64,000 nucleotides of DNA from Parcubacteria group bacterium Greene0714_7 (GTDB lineage: Bacteria; Patescibacteriota; Minisyncoccia; Phycocordibacterales; Phycocordibacteraceae). The notes beneath the pieces are model-generated. The model was not told the origin of the DNA. It saw only the letters and a list, made by a program, of their open reading frames with translations, and ran no database searches. A program made the translations under genes and the position numbers. Positions 37,214 through 46,726 of this stretch are shown here, one piece after another. Numbering within the stretch: position 1 is the stretch's first letter; the number at the start of each line of letters is the position of its first letter. Where the stretch lies: positions 192,252 through 256,251 of the forward strand of contig VMHB01000001.1 in assembly GCA_007378985.1 (NCBI GenBank), given 5' to 3'.

Positions 37214-38815
37214 CTATTGGCTAATAATTACTTCTTCACCATCCTTCAGGCCTCGTGCATCTTTAACTATTCTCATGTCGGAAGTTATTCCTGAAGTTAC
37301 TGCAATTCTAGAACCTGCAAGCGTTCCGACGATCACAGGGTGAGGGACAAGGATTCCATTTTCACTAACAGTGAAAACAATTGTCCCTTCAGGGGTAATT
37401 TTGAGTGCAGATAAAGGCAGAGTGAGGAGGGTATCTTTTACGGATGTTTTAGTTGTTCGCGCAATGGAGACAGATGCACTTGATCCAGAAACTAGCGAAG
37501 TGTTTTGAGGAATAGAGATACGAACTTCAGCCTTTTTTGTTATAGGATCAAGGGCGTTTGCCAGTCTTGCAACTTTTCCTGTGACGGATTTTCCAACCAC
37601 TACAGTTGCTCCAACGGAAATATCAGCAATATCACGCTCAGAAACGAATACGACAACTTCAAGGCCTCGCGCGTTCGTTATATACACAACAGGCACTGAC
37701 GCGTTCACGAAAGACCCCACCTCAAGATCAAGGCGGTTGATAGTGCCTCCAATTGGTGCGCGGATGATAGTTTTTTCTAAGTTAGCTTTCGCCACTTGAA
37801 GATTAGCCTCTGCTCCGCGTACATCTGAATTTTGTGATGTGCCCCCAGAAAGATTTTCTGTTGATACTTGCACTGCGGCAGTTTTTGCCTTTAGATTTTC
37901 AATCGCACTGTTAACTGCGGACGCAGCACCGTTTACGTTTGAAAGTGCTAGAGATACATCGGCACGATATCCTGCAATTGCAGCATCAGTAACTGAGCCA
38001 GACGCAATTGCTTTATTGAGAGCTGAAACCGTTGCAGAGAGAAGGTCGCGAACTTTATTGATGTCACTTCTGAGAGTCTCAAGCTCAGCCAAGGCGCTTG
38101 TGGCATCAGTTGGAGTTTCTGCTTTTTCTTCTCGTGCTAAAACTGTCTGTATTGCAAGGCGTTTACTTTCAACAGTGAGAACAGCCTGAGAATTTGAAGT
38201 TGATACTATAAATTTAGGTTGTGAGCCGTTTGGATTAGAAAATACCCCATCTAATTTTTTACTCACTGCATCATCGAGTGTCGCATACGTTCCGAGGATA
38301 GTATTTTTCGCTGAATTAATTGCTGAAGTGAGACTGTCTTCTGCGGACCCAAGACCGATACCGGTTATTGTTGCACCTGTCTTTGCTTTATCGAGGGCTG
38401 CTTCCGCTTGAGCTACTCCTGCGCGTTGTGAATCATTCTTTAGGTCTGCAATGACTGCTCCAGCACCAACTGTGTCACCGAGTGATCGGTAGACGTGAGC
38501 GACGGTGCCCGATACGTCAGGAGCTACATTGGCTTCGCTTACGGAGCGAACTTCACCAATTAGAGATATAGGTTCTGGTGCGGAAAGATCACTGGCTGAA
38601 AGCAAGGTCACTTGTCGTCTTCCATCTGTAGCACCTTCAAGTTTTGATTTAAAAAAATAAGATATACCCACACTCCCTGCAATAAGGGCAACAATAATAC
38701 CAAGGGAAATGAGTTTATGTGCTTTTGCTACGATAAAAAATTCTTGTGAAGCTTTCCAAATAAATATCAATCCTCCCCGAAGAAAAGTGAGTGCACGTAT
38801 AAGATGTTCATTCAT
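37214..38815 (-). CDS. Efflux periplasmic adaptor (HlyD/AcrA-like membrane fusion protein) with a long coiled coil
   Basis: N-terminal anchor, extended alpha-hairpin and a C-terminal beta-barrel/lipoyl-like region. It sits upstream of the RND gene. Confidence 0.8.
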   Translation of the reverse strand: MNEHLIRALTFLRGGLIFIWKASQEFFIVAKAHKLISLGIIVALIAGSVGISYFFKSKLEGATDGRRQVTLLSASDLSAPEPISLIGEVRSVSEANVAPDVSGTVAHVYRSLGDTVGAGAVIADLKNDSQRAGVAQAEAALDKAKTGATITGIGLGSAEDSLTSAINSAKNTILGTYATLDDAVSKKLDGVFSNPNGSQPKFIVSTSNSQAVLTVESKRLAIQTVLAREEKAETPTDATSALAELETLRSDINKVRDLLSATVSALNKAIASGSVTDAAIAGYRADVSLALSNVNGAASAVNSAIENLKAKTAAVQVSTENLSGGTSQNSDVRGAEANLQVAKANLEKTIIRAPIGGTINRLDLEVGSFVNASVPVVYITNARGLEVVVFVSERDIADISVGATVVVGKSVTGKVARLANALDPITKKAEVRISIPQNTSLVSGSSASVSIARTTKTSVKDTLLTLPLSALKITPEGTIVFTVSENGILVPHPVIVGTLAGSRIAVTSGITSDMRIVKDARGLKDGEEVIISQ

Positions 38816-38818
38816 ATG

Positions 38819-39070
38819 TTACGACCGTTCAGTTTTTTTAAGTACCGAGCGAATATTTTTTAAATTGCCTGCTAAATGCGCTGCGAATTTTTCAACATTG
38901 GCAAGCTTAGTAAATGCAATCATATCGCATCCCATACCAAAAACGAGTAATTTTTCACCGTCTTTAAGGTTCATTGCTTTGCGTGCTTCGGCGGGAATTA
39001 CAACCTGCCCTTTAGCGCCCACTGTGGTGGCGCCATAAAACTCTTTTTGAGTAGTGTGTGGTTTTATCAT
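38819..39070 (-). CDS. AbrB/SpoVT-family transcriptional regulator, first gene of the efflux operon
   Basis: Swapped-hairpin motif GQVVIPAEARKAMNLKDGEKLLVF. The start is approximate (internal Met of the ORF-track call). Confidence 0.6.
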   Translation of the reverse strand: MIKPHTTQKEFYGATTVGAKGQVVIPAEARKAMNLKDGEKLLVFGMGCDMIAFTKLANVEKFAAHLAGNLKNIRSVLKKTERS

Positions 39071-39181
39071 AAGCATTCGGAATCGTATCATGAATATCCT
39101 AATACATACAAGTATGAAATGTAAGAATATCAGCAAGCTCGTCCACATACATCTTTAGATAAAAAATAAAGGAAAGATTGT

Positions 39182-39790
39182 ATGTCTGCTAGAATAGGCG
39201 ACATGACTTCGAGCAAGAAAAAAATATTTATCCTCATGGGAAATCCCGACAGCGATTCTCGTACAGGACACCTTGCTGATGCATATGAACTCGGAGCTCT
39301 TGAGGCGGGGCATGAAGTGAGGCGCCAAAATGTAGGCGAAATGCATTTTGACCCAATACTCCATAAGGGATATAAGGTTATTCAGGAATTAGAGCCTGAT
39401 TTAAAAACATTTCAGGAGAATGTACGCTGGGCAGATCATTTGGTGGTGCTATATCCAAACTGGTGGTCTACGATGCCCGCACTTCTAAAAGGACTCATTG
39501 ATCGAGCGTGGCTTCCGGGGTTTGCGTTTCGTTTTCATAAAACCGATGTCTGGTGGGACGGTCTCCTCAAAGGTAAAAGTGCACGAATCATAATTCTAGC
39601 CAATACACACCCATGGTTTGCGTGGCTTATGTTTGGCGAGTTCACCAATGAACTTGCTCGCGCAACGCTGGCATTTTCAGGTATAGCCCCAATTTTTATA
39701 AATGTACTTACTCCATCTGAAAAAGTTTCTGAAACCAAATGGAAAAAATGGGTGCAGATGGTGCAAGAGATGGGTTCCCGTGCTACTTGA
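39182..39790 (+). CDS. Flavodoxin-like NAD(P)H-dependent oxidoreductase (KefF/MdaB/azoreductase-like)
   Basis: Flavodoxin_2 pattern (KIFILMGNPDSDS...HLVVLYPNWWSTMPALLKGLIDR). Confidence 0.7.
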   Translation: MSARIGDMTSSKKKIFILMGNPDSDSRTGHLADAYELGALEAGHEVRRQNVGEMHFDPILHKGYKVIQELEPDLKTFQENVRWADHLVVLYPNWWSTMPALLKGLIDRAWLPGFAFRFHKTDVWWDGLLKGKSARIIILANTHPWFAWLMFGEFTNELARATLAFSGIAPIFINVLTPSEKVSETKWKKWVQMVQEMGSRAT

Positions 39791-39815
39791 CAAAAATAGT
39801 TACATGGTATATAAT
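39787..39815 (+). promoter_or_regulatory. Sigma-70-like promoter (TTGACA-N17-TATAAT)
   Basis: An exact consensus -35 and -10 with a 17-bp spacer lie 22 nt upstream of a small ORF at 39838. Confidence 0.5.
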
Positions 39816-39837
39816 ATGCAGTACATTAAAAAATTAT

Positions 39838-40011
39838 ATGAGCGAAGAATCACTAAAACAAATTGGACTTACTCCTGATCAGCGGGCAATTATACAACAA
39901 TTCAGAGAAAGAGGTATTATTCCAAATGCAGCACTTAAGATGCTTGAGCGACTGATGATAGACGCTAAACTCGATGCTGAGGCTACAGTTAGACACTTTA
40001 AGAGGGGTTGA
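39838..40011 (+). CDS. Small hypothetical protein (57 aa)
   Basis: The ORF lies downstream of a consensus promoter. MSEESLKQIGLTPDQRAIIQQFRERGIIP... Confidence 0.3.
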   Translation: MSEESLKQIGLTPDQRAIIQQFRERGIIPNAALKMLERLMIDAKLDAEATVRHFKRG

Positions 40012-40185
40012 GAATTGCTGATTGAAGTCGAGTGTTTCATACACTAACTAGCCAATTTTTTATTTAGGAGATATTAGAAAAAAGAAAAATGGAAACAGTG
40101 GGTTGATATAGTTCAACAAATAGGAAGTAGGGCAAAATAAATTAGGACCCTCTAATAATTAATGCCCCGTGTCTCCGAAAAACAC

Positions 40186-40227
40186 CTGTATAGTATAAAA
40201 TCACGGTCGTGATTTTATACTATACAG
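40186..40227. promoter_or_regulatory. 42-bp near-palindrome P3 (same family as P1/P2, with compensatory arm changes) upstream of ychF
   Basis: CTGTATAGTATAAAATCACG-GT-CGTGATTTTATACTATACAG. Confidence 0.5.
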
Positions 40228-40287
40228 GGTTTTAAATTTTTTTTTTAGGCTAGCCACTAAAGCCTAAACCCTATACACTGCTCCTTT

Positions 40288-41385
40288 ATGGGTTTATCTA
40301 TTGGAATTGTTGGACTGCCAAATGTCGGGAAATCCACGCTTTTTAATGCGCTCACCGCAAAAGGTGTTCCTGCAGAGAATTATCCGTTTTGTACCATCGA
40401 TCCATCGGTGGGTATTGTGCCCGTGCCTGATCCTCGTCTTCAAAAACTCGCAACGCTTTCGAGCTGTTTTAAGATTATTCCTGCGGTTATCGAATTCGTT
40501 GATATTGCAGGCTTGGTAAAGGGTGCCTCTGAAGGCGCAGGTTTAGGAAATCAGTTTCTCCAACATATTCGCGAGACCGATGCGATTTTGGAAGTGGTCC
40601 GTATTTTTGATGACGCCGATATTACACACGTTGAGGGGGAGGTTGATCCTGTTCATGATATTGAAGTCATCAATTTAGAGCTTGTCCTTACCGACCTTTC
40701 TGCGGTAGCGAAGAGACTTCAGAGTGTTGAACGTGATGCTAAACGAGGTGTAAAGGAGGCAATTTTAGAGCAAGCAACATTACAGAAAGTTGACCAAACT
40801 CTTTCGGAAGGGAAACTCGCTTCAACAACACCTCTGACAAGTGAAGAGCGCCACGCAATACGCGCGTTGCAACTTCTAACCATGAAGCCAATTATGTACG
40901 CCCTCAATAAAAAAGCGGGAGGACACAATCTTGATGAGATGAATGATGGCAGGTATCAGAAACTGATTGAATTTTTAGATGGTATGGGTGCTGAATACGC
41001 CACTGTGGATGCAGGCATTGAAGGGGAGCTTCGTGATGTGGCAGGTGAAGACAAAGAAACACTTAGACGAGAGTTTGGGGTTTTAGACGATGGGCTGGAC
41101 GGGCTTATTCGTGCAGGATATCGATTACTTGGATTAATGACATTTCTTACCACTGGTGAAGTTGAAACAAGAGCTTGGACAGTGAAGATTGGTTCAACGG
41201 CACCTGAGGCGGGAGCTGCTATTCATACTGATTTCAGGGATACATTTATTAGGGCGGAGGTGGTTGCCTATGACAAACTCATTGAAGCTGGTTCATACGC
41301 TACAGCTCGCGAAAAAGGGTGGGTTCGGACAGAAGGCAAGGAGTATATTGTTAAAGACGGGGATGTTATTGAGTTTAAGGTTTGA
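40288..41385 (+). CDS. ychF: Ribosome-binding ATPase YchF
   Basis: G1-G4 motifs (GLPNVGKST, DIAGLV), a TGS domain and the Obg-family YchF C-terminus. Confidence 0.9.
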   Translation: MGLSIGIVGLPNVGKSTLFNALTAKGVPAENYPFCTIDPSVGIVPVPDPRLQKLATLSSCFKIIPAVIEFVDIAGLVKGASEGAGLGNQFLQHIRETDAILEVVRIFDDADITHVEGEVDPVHDIEVINLELVLTDLSAVAKRLQSVERDAKRGVKEAILEQATLQKVDQTLSEGKLASTTPLTSEERHAIRALQLLTMKPIMYALNKKAGGHNLDEMNDGRYQKLIEFLDGMGAEYATVDAGIEGELRDVAGEDKETLRREFGVLDDGLDGLIRAGYRLLGLMTFLTTGEVETRAWTVKIGSTAPEAGAAIHTDFRDTFIRAEVVAYDKLIEAGSYATAREKGWVRTEGKEYIVKDGDVIEFKV

Positions 41386-41399
41386 GTTACTGTGTGCCA

Positions 41400-41427
41400 T
41401 TGACACTATTCAAAAATTCTATATAAT
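41400..41427 (+). promoter_or_regulatory. Sigma-70-like promoter (TTGACA-N16-TATAAT)
   Basis: Consensus boxes. A possible 46-codon ORF or sRNA follows before the membrane-protein gene. Confidence 0.45.
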
Positions 41428-41663
41428 TTTTTCTTAGTAAAAATAACACTAAATATATGGGTAACATAGAAGGTTCAGGTGCCCTTGCTCTTCTGGGCGT
41501 ATTGAATACTAGAAAACCAAAACCAGACTCCCTTCCGCCGTATTGTTCAGAATGTGAGCGCAGGCATGTAGGGTCTTGTCGCAAGTTGTGGGGTTAGTTT
41601 TTGACTCCCATTGTTTTATCCATGTTAGGCTGAAGTAAGCATTATTGTCTTATATTTTTTCCT

Positions 41664-42617
41664 ATGGATACAACAACTCAAGTTAAAGCCAAAGTTACTG
41701 CAAAAGACTTCTTTTTGTGGCTTGGCGCGATGGTCGCGCTGTATGTTTCAGCAACATCGCTCATTCTTTTAGTGCATCAGTATATAAATGTATTTTTTCC
41801 TAATGCCCTAGACTACGCAGCTTCGTACTCCAGTTCGATGCGATTCGCGATAGCGTCTCTCGTTGTGTTTTTCCCGCTCTATGTGTGGCTTACACGGATG
41901 CTCCACGAAGACATTCGGCACACACCTTTGAAGCAAGAACTCTGGGTTCGCAAATGGCTCATCTTTCTCACGCTCTTTGTTGCAGGTATAACCATGGCAA
42001 TCGATTTAGTGATGCTCGTCAATACATTCTTAAATGGTGATATAACAACTCGCTTCATCCTCAAGGCGCTCACAATACTCGTCGTTATTGGTGGTGGTTT
42101 TTGGTACTACCTTAATGAATTGAAAGGAAAGTGGGAGGAAAAGAAAAAAGAATCTACTGTTGTCGCTTTTGTTGTTTCTGGCATTGTCCTCGCAACGATA
42201 GTTAGCGCTTTCTTCATAATAGGCTCTCCACAAACGGAGCGTTTGGCACGCTTTGATGAGCAGAAAACTTATGATTTGCAGAGCATTCAGTGGCAGATAG
42301 TAAGTTACTGGCAACAAAAAGAAAAATTACCAGTAGGTATTTCAGATCTTGAAGATCCATTAACCGGCTTTGTTGCTCCGAAAGATCCTCAAACTGGAGC
42401 TTCATACACTTATGAGTCAACAGGCGCAATGTCATTTAAGCTTTGTGCCGATTTTAACGCACCAAGTCGCGACATGGTCGTGGATGGGAAAAGTAGACCT
42501 GCTGTTCCTCAGCCAGTAGGAAGTGAACTCGCTAATGAAAATTGGAAACACGACAAAGGCACTGTTTGTTTTGACCGAACCATTGATCCAGAGCGTTTTC
42601 CTGTTTTCAAGAAATAG
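41664..42617 (+). CDS. Hypothetical membrane protein (N-terminal multi-transmembrane region, C-terminal soluble domain)
   Basis: Four or five hydrophobic helices. No confident family assignment. Confidence 0.5.
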   Translation: MDTTTQVKAKVTAKDFFLWLGAMVALYVSATSLILLVHQYINVFFPNALDYAASYSSSMRFAIASLVVFFPLYVWLTRMLHEDIRHTPLKQELWVRKWLIFLTLFVAGITMAIDLVMLVNTFLNGDITTRFILKALTILVVIGGGFWYYLNELKGKWEEKKKESTVVAFVVSGIVLATIVSAFFIIGSPQTERLARFDEQKTYDLQSIQWQIVSYWQQKEKLPVGISDLEDPLTGFVAPKDPQTGASYTYESTGAMSFKLCADFNAPSRDMVVDGKSRPAVPQPVGSELANENWKHDKGTVCFDRTIDPERFPVFKK

Positions 42618-42653
42618 CTTTCAGCTTGGAGTTTTCAGTCGTATAATCCCTAC

Positions 42654-42755
42654 ATGGGAAGTTACGACCGCCCCAGTACCACCGGGCTCCGCATGGCTAC
42701 GGGGCAGGAAGTGGTTCGATATATAATCGTGTTTTTGACATTTTCAGTACCCTAA
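42654..42755 (+). other. 33-codon upstream ORF with a LeuRS-like start (MGSYD versus MQSYD) that contains hairpin module B and ends 6 nt before the leuS ATG
   Basis: ATG GGA AGT TAC GAC then CGCCCCAGT... The TAA lies at 42753. Confidence 0.4.
42666..42708 (+). repeat. GC-rich hairpin module B of the GACCCCAGT...ACGGGGCAGG family
   Basis: GACCGCCCCAGTACCACCGGGCTCCGCATGGCTACGGGGCAGG. Confidence 0.55.
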
Positions 42756-42761
42756 ATCTGC

Positions 42762-45173
42762 ATGCAATCATACGACCACAAAAAAATAGAGAAAAAATGG
42801 CGAAAGCTTTGGGAAGAGTCAGGTATTTACAAGACTAGTGAAAATTCATCAAAGCCAAAGCACTATGTTCTGGACATGTTTCCGTACCCATCGGCGTTAG
42901 GTCTTCACACTGGTCATGTTGAAGGGTATGCGGCGACCGATATTTACAGTCGTTTTAAACGAATGAAGGGGTTCAGTGTGCTCCATCCTATGGGATGGGA
43001 TGCGTTCGGTCTCCCTGCAGAAAACTATGCAATAAAAACAAATACGCCACCTCGAGAAACTACAAATAAGGCAATTGATAACTTCCGCAATCAAATCCAA
43101 CGCTTAGGCCTTTCGTATGACTGGTCACGAGAAATAGGCACTCACAATCCTGACTATTATAAGTGGACACAGTGGTTGTTTTTGTTCTTGTTTGAAAATG
43201 GTCTTGCGGAAAAACGCATGGGTAAGGTGAATTGGTGTCCCACCGACCAAACAGTGCTCGCCAATGAACAAACAGTGAGTGAGAGTGGAGAAAAGGGTGT
43301 GTGTGTTCGTTGCGGTACAAAAATAATTCAACGCGAACTTTCACAGTGGTTTTTCAAAATTACTGATTTTGCTGATGTATTAATTGATGATTTGAATGGT
43401 GTTGATTGGCCAGAGTCTACAAAAATAAATCAACGAAATTGGATTGGTAGAAAAGAAGGAGTCATTGTTACTCATAAAGTGAAAGGGCTGGATGTATCGC
43501 TCGACACGTTTAGTGCCTATCCTGCATGGCTTTTTGCGGATACCTATATGGTACTTGCTCCTGAGCACCCAATAGTAAAAACTCTTGTGGAAGGTACTGA
43601 AGTACAAAAGAGTGTTGAGGATTTTGTGAAGTGTATGCAGGAGGTCACAACGATTGATCGCACAAACGCAACAACGGAGAAAGAGGGTATTTTTACAGGA
43701 CGCTTCGCTATTGACTCTCTCTCCGGTAAAGAATTTCCTATTTGGATTGCTAACTTTGCTTTGATGGATTTTGGAACAGGTATTATTCGTTGCTCTTCAC
43801 ACGATATCCGCGACCTTACATTTGCTAAAAAATACGGAATCCCTTTGAGTGAGGTAGTCGAGAGAGAAAGTCCTGATATGCCCGTTGATGCCCATGCTAA
43901 TAAGGGTGTTTTGAAAGACTCGGGTCCGTTCACTGGTCGCACTATTAATAATGAGTTAATTCAAGAAATAATTGCGTGGATAGAAAGTAATGGATATGGG
44001 CATGCACAGACTACATACCGTCTTCGTGATTGGCTTATTTCTCGTCAACGATATTGGGGGGCGCCTATTCCAGTAGTGTATGACCCAGAAGGGAAAGCGC
44101 ATGGAGTTCCCAAAGAGCACTTGCCGTGGCTCCTTCCTGAAGATGTAGAGTATTTACCGAAGGGAACTTCACCGCTCGGAACCTCAAAGGAACTTTTGGA
44201 ACGAACAGAGAAAATATTTGGGAAAGGGTGGAAGCCAGAGATCGACACTATGGACACTTTCGTGTGTTCTTCGTGGTATTTTCTTCGATTTGCCGATCCA
44301 CATAATGAGATTGAGTTTGCGTCGAAAGAAGTAGTAAAAAAATGGCTTCCCGTTGACCTCTACATGGGAGGTGCTGAACATACAGTTTTGCATCTTATGT
44401 ACGCCCGCTTTATTACCAAGGCCCTGCAGAAGTTTGGATACATAGAGTTTGGTGAGCCATTCTCCAAGCTCCGTCACCAAGGGATGATTCTTGCTGAAGA
44501 TGGAACCAAGATGTCTAAGTCGAAAGGTAATGTCATAAACCCTGACGAAATTAGTGAACTCTACGGTGCGGACACGCTACGAATTTATGAAATGTTCATG
44601 GGTCCTCTTGAAGCTATGAAGCCATGGAGCACCAAAAATATTATTGGCTCACGGAGATTTTTGGAGCGTGTCTGGAGGGTACAAGAAAAGGTGAGTCAAG
44701 GTGCAACTTTGAGTGCAAGCGCTGATGCCACTCTACAGCAAACAATTAAAAAAGTAGCTGAAGATATCGAGCTCCTTAGTTTAAACACGGCAGTGAGTCA
44801 GATGATGATTTGTGTTAATGCTTTTGAAAAAGAAGAAAAAATACCTGCTGAAAGCTATGAGAGCATGCTGTTGGTACTTGCCCCGTTTGCACCTCATATG
44901 ACAGAAGAATTATGGGAAACTTTGGGTCATACTTCTTCAATTCATCAAGAAAATTGGCCAGTGTTTGATGAAAGTAAGCTCGAAAAAAATGAAGTAGTAA
45001 TGGCTGTTCAGGTTGGTGGGAAAGTAAAGGGCACCATTGTCATTCCTCGCGGAGCTACAGAAGAAGAAGTAATTGAGTTAGTACGAAAAGACGTCAAACT
45101 TGGTGGGGTAGTTCCTCAAAACCCATCCCGCATGATATTCGTTCCCAATAGGGTCGTTAACTTCATACCCTAG
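42762..45173 (+). CDS. leuS: Leucyl-tRNA synthetase
   Basis: HIGH-region equivalent (HTGHVEGY), KMSKS, and the CP1 editing and anticodon-binding domains. Confidence 0.95.
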   Translation: MQSYDHKKIEKKWRKLWEESGIYKTSENSSKPKHYVLDMFPYPSALGLHTGHVEGYAATDIYSRFKRMKGFSVLHPMGWDAFGLPAENYAIKTNTPPRETTNKAIDNFRNQIQRLGLSYDWSREIGTHNPDYYKWTQWLFLFLFENGLAEKRMGKVNWCPTDQTVLANEQTVSESGEKGVCVRCGTKIIQRELSQWFFKITDFADVLIDDLNGVDWPESTKINQRNWIGRKEGVIVTHKVKGLDVSLDTFSAYPAWLFADTYMVLAPEHPIVKTLVEGTEVQKSVEDFVKCMQEVTTIDRTNATTEKEGIFTGRFAIDSLSGKEFPIWIANFALMDFGTGIIRCSSHDIRDLTFAKKYGIPLSEVVERESPDMPVDAHANKGVLKDSGPFTGRTINNELIQEIIAWIESNGYGHAQTTYRLRDWLISRQRYWGAPIPVVYDPEGKAHGVPKEHLPWLLPEDVEYLPKGTSPLGTSKELLERTEKIFGKGWKPEIDTMDTFVCSSWYFLRFADPHNEIEFASKEVVKKWLPVDLYMGGAEHTVLHLMYARFITKALQKFGYIEFGEPFSKLRHQGMILAEDGTKMSKSKGNVINPDEISELYGADTLRIYEMFMGPLEAMKPWSTKNIIGSRRFLERVWRVQEKVSQGATLSASADATLQQTIKKVAEDIELLSLNTAVSQMMICVNAFEKEEKIPAESYESMLLVLAPFAPHMTEELWETLGHTSSIHQENWPVFDESKLEKNEVVMAVQVGGKVKGTIVIPRGATEEEVIELVRKDVKLGGVVPQNPSRMIFVPNRVVNFIP

Positions 45174-45175
45174 AG

Positions 45176-45202
45176 CATGTGGGACCTCGGAGGTCCCACA
45201 TG
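45176..45202 (+). terminator. Strong 11-bp-stem hairpin after leuS (no clear U-tract)
   Basis: CATGTGGGACC-TCGGA-GGTCCCACATG. Confidence 0.5.
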
Positions 45203-45210
45203 GGGGTGGC

Positions 45211-45351
45211 CCCCGCACTAAAACTTGGCGTTATAGCTTGCTGTACTGATATATGAGATTATTTATACTACTGTTGCCACTATTGCACTCCGTGTAATGC
45301 GTTATACTCACGCTTCGCTATGAGGTACGACGCCAAGTTCTAGTGACGGGG
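45211..45351. repeat. About 140-nt element bounded by imperfect 21-bp inverted repeats with CCCCG...CGGGG ends
   Basis: CCCCGCACTAAAACTTGGCGT ... ACGCCAAGTTCTAGTGACGGGG. Confidence 0.4.
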
Positions 45352-45440
45352 TGGGGATAAGTATTTGACGGTTTGACGGGATTTAAAATATGTGCTATAA
45401 GAAGTGGACACAGTAATCAATAAAAATACGGCTCATATTT

Positions 45441-46469
45441 ATGATCAAACTTCCTTTCAAGCCTGTTCAAGTGAGCAAACGACTTGTTGCAGTACTACCT
45501 GAGCGTTCACGCGATGTTGTAGTGAGCCGTTATGGCTTAGGTTCAAAAGCTCGCGGAGAAACTCTTGATGCTATTGGAAAGCGATATGGCATTACACGAG
45601 AACGCGTTCGCCAAATTGAAAACCACGCAACAAAACTCATACAAGATTCTCCAGCACTTACAAAAGAAGCTTCTTCTTTTGTCTGGCTTGAGAATGCTAT
45701 TCGTGAATTAGGGGGCGTACTGTCAGAGAGTATGTTGCTTGATGAGTTTGCAAAGGACACTGAAACACGAAACCATCTTTATTTTTTACTCGTTGTTGGA
45801 CAGCCATTTATTTCTGCAAAAGAAACTCCTGACTTTAAAGCTCGCTGGTCTGTTGATCCAGAGCTCACCAAGGCAGTTGAATCTGCTTTGAAGCAAGTTC
45901 ATGGAACCGTTAAACACTCTGATGTTTTATCTGAAGATAAACTTGTTGAGCATGTCATGAGTTGCCTCACTAAGGTCAACACTAAATATCGCTCTAAAGA
46001 TACTGTCCGTAGATGGCTAGAGCTTTCAAACTGTATTATGCGAAATCCTTTAGGTGATTGGGGACGCGCATCGGCACCAGGAATTAGAGTAAAAAATATT
46101 CGCGACCATGCGTATCTTGCCTTGAAGCGTCATGGCTCACCAATGCATTTTCGTGAAGTCGCAAAATCAATCGAGAAACTTTTTGGAAAGAAAGCTCACG
46201 AAGCAACAACGCATAATGAGCTTATTAAAGATGGCCGTTTTGTGTTAGTGGGTAGAGGTATCTACGCTCTCAAGGAGTGGGGATATCGAATTGGTCCAGT
46301 GGTTGAAATAATTAAACACATTCTGAAGGAATCAGGACCTTTAACTCGTGAGGAAATCATGAAGCGTGTTTCTAAAGAGCGTTATGTGAAGCCAAACACT
46401 ATCATTGTGAACTTGCAAAATTCATCATTCACAAAAAAAGACGGGAAGTATTCATTGAAGGGAACATAA
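45441..46469 (+). CDS. Protein with an N-terminal sigma-70 region-4-like HTH and a large unknown C-terminal domain
   Basis: Region 4 signature (VSRYGLGSKARGETLDAIGKRYGITRERVRQIE). Confidence 0.55.
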   Translation: MIKLPFKPVQVSKRLVAVLPERSRDVVVSRYGLGSKARGETLDAIGKRYGITRERVRQIENHATKLIQDSPALTKEASSFVWLENAIRELGGVLSESMLLDEFAKDTETRNHLYFLLVVGQPFISAKETPDFKARWSVDPELTKAVESALKQVHGTVKHSDVLSEDKLVEHVMSCLTKVNTKYRSKDTVRRWLELSNCIMRNPLGDWGRASAPGIRVKNIRDHAYLALKRHGSPMHFREVAKSIEKLFGKKAHEATTHNELIKDGRFVLVGRGIYALKEWGYRIGPVVEIIKHILKESGPLTREEIMKRVSKERYVKPNTIIVNLQNSSFTKKDGKYSLKGT

Positions 46470-46726
46470 TATACATATGTATGCCTAGGCATGAAAAACC
46501 TCAATTGAAGCTCATTCAAGGGGGATTAGCAGAAGCTCCATTCCCTCCCACTTCTAAGTTTTTTACTAGACCACCTCAGTCTTCTCCGTTTTCACTCACT
46601 GATTTTAAACTCCCTGACGACGAATTTGTTCTCTCGATAGAAATTCTCAACGGCCTAAGAGAAAGATTTGATCTAGATTGAGAGATAAGAGTATCGGCCT
46701 TAGGTTGGGTCTTATTGTGATATATT

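Noticed and set aside
42721-42741. TATAAT followed by TTGACA just upstream of leuS as a promoter
   Set aside because: The boxes are in the wrong order and spacing for a sigma-70 promoter, so this is likely coincidental.
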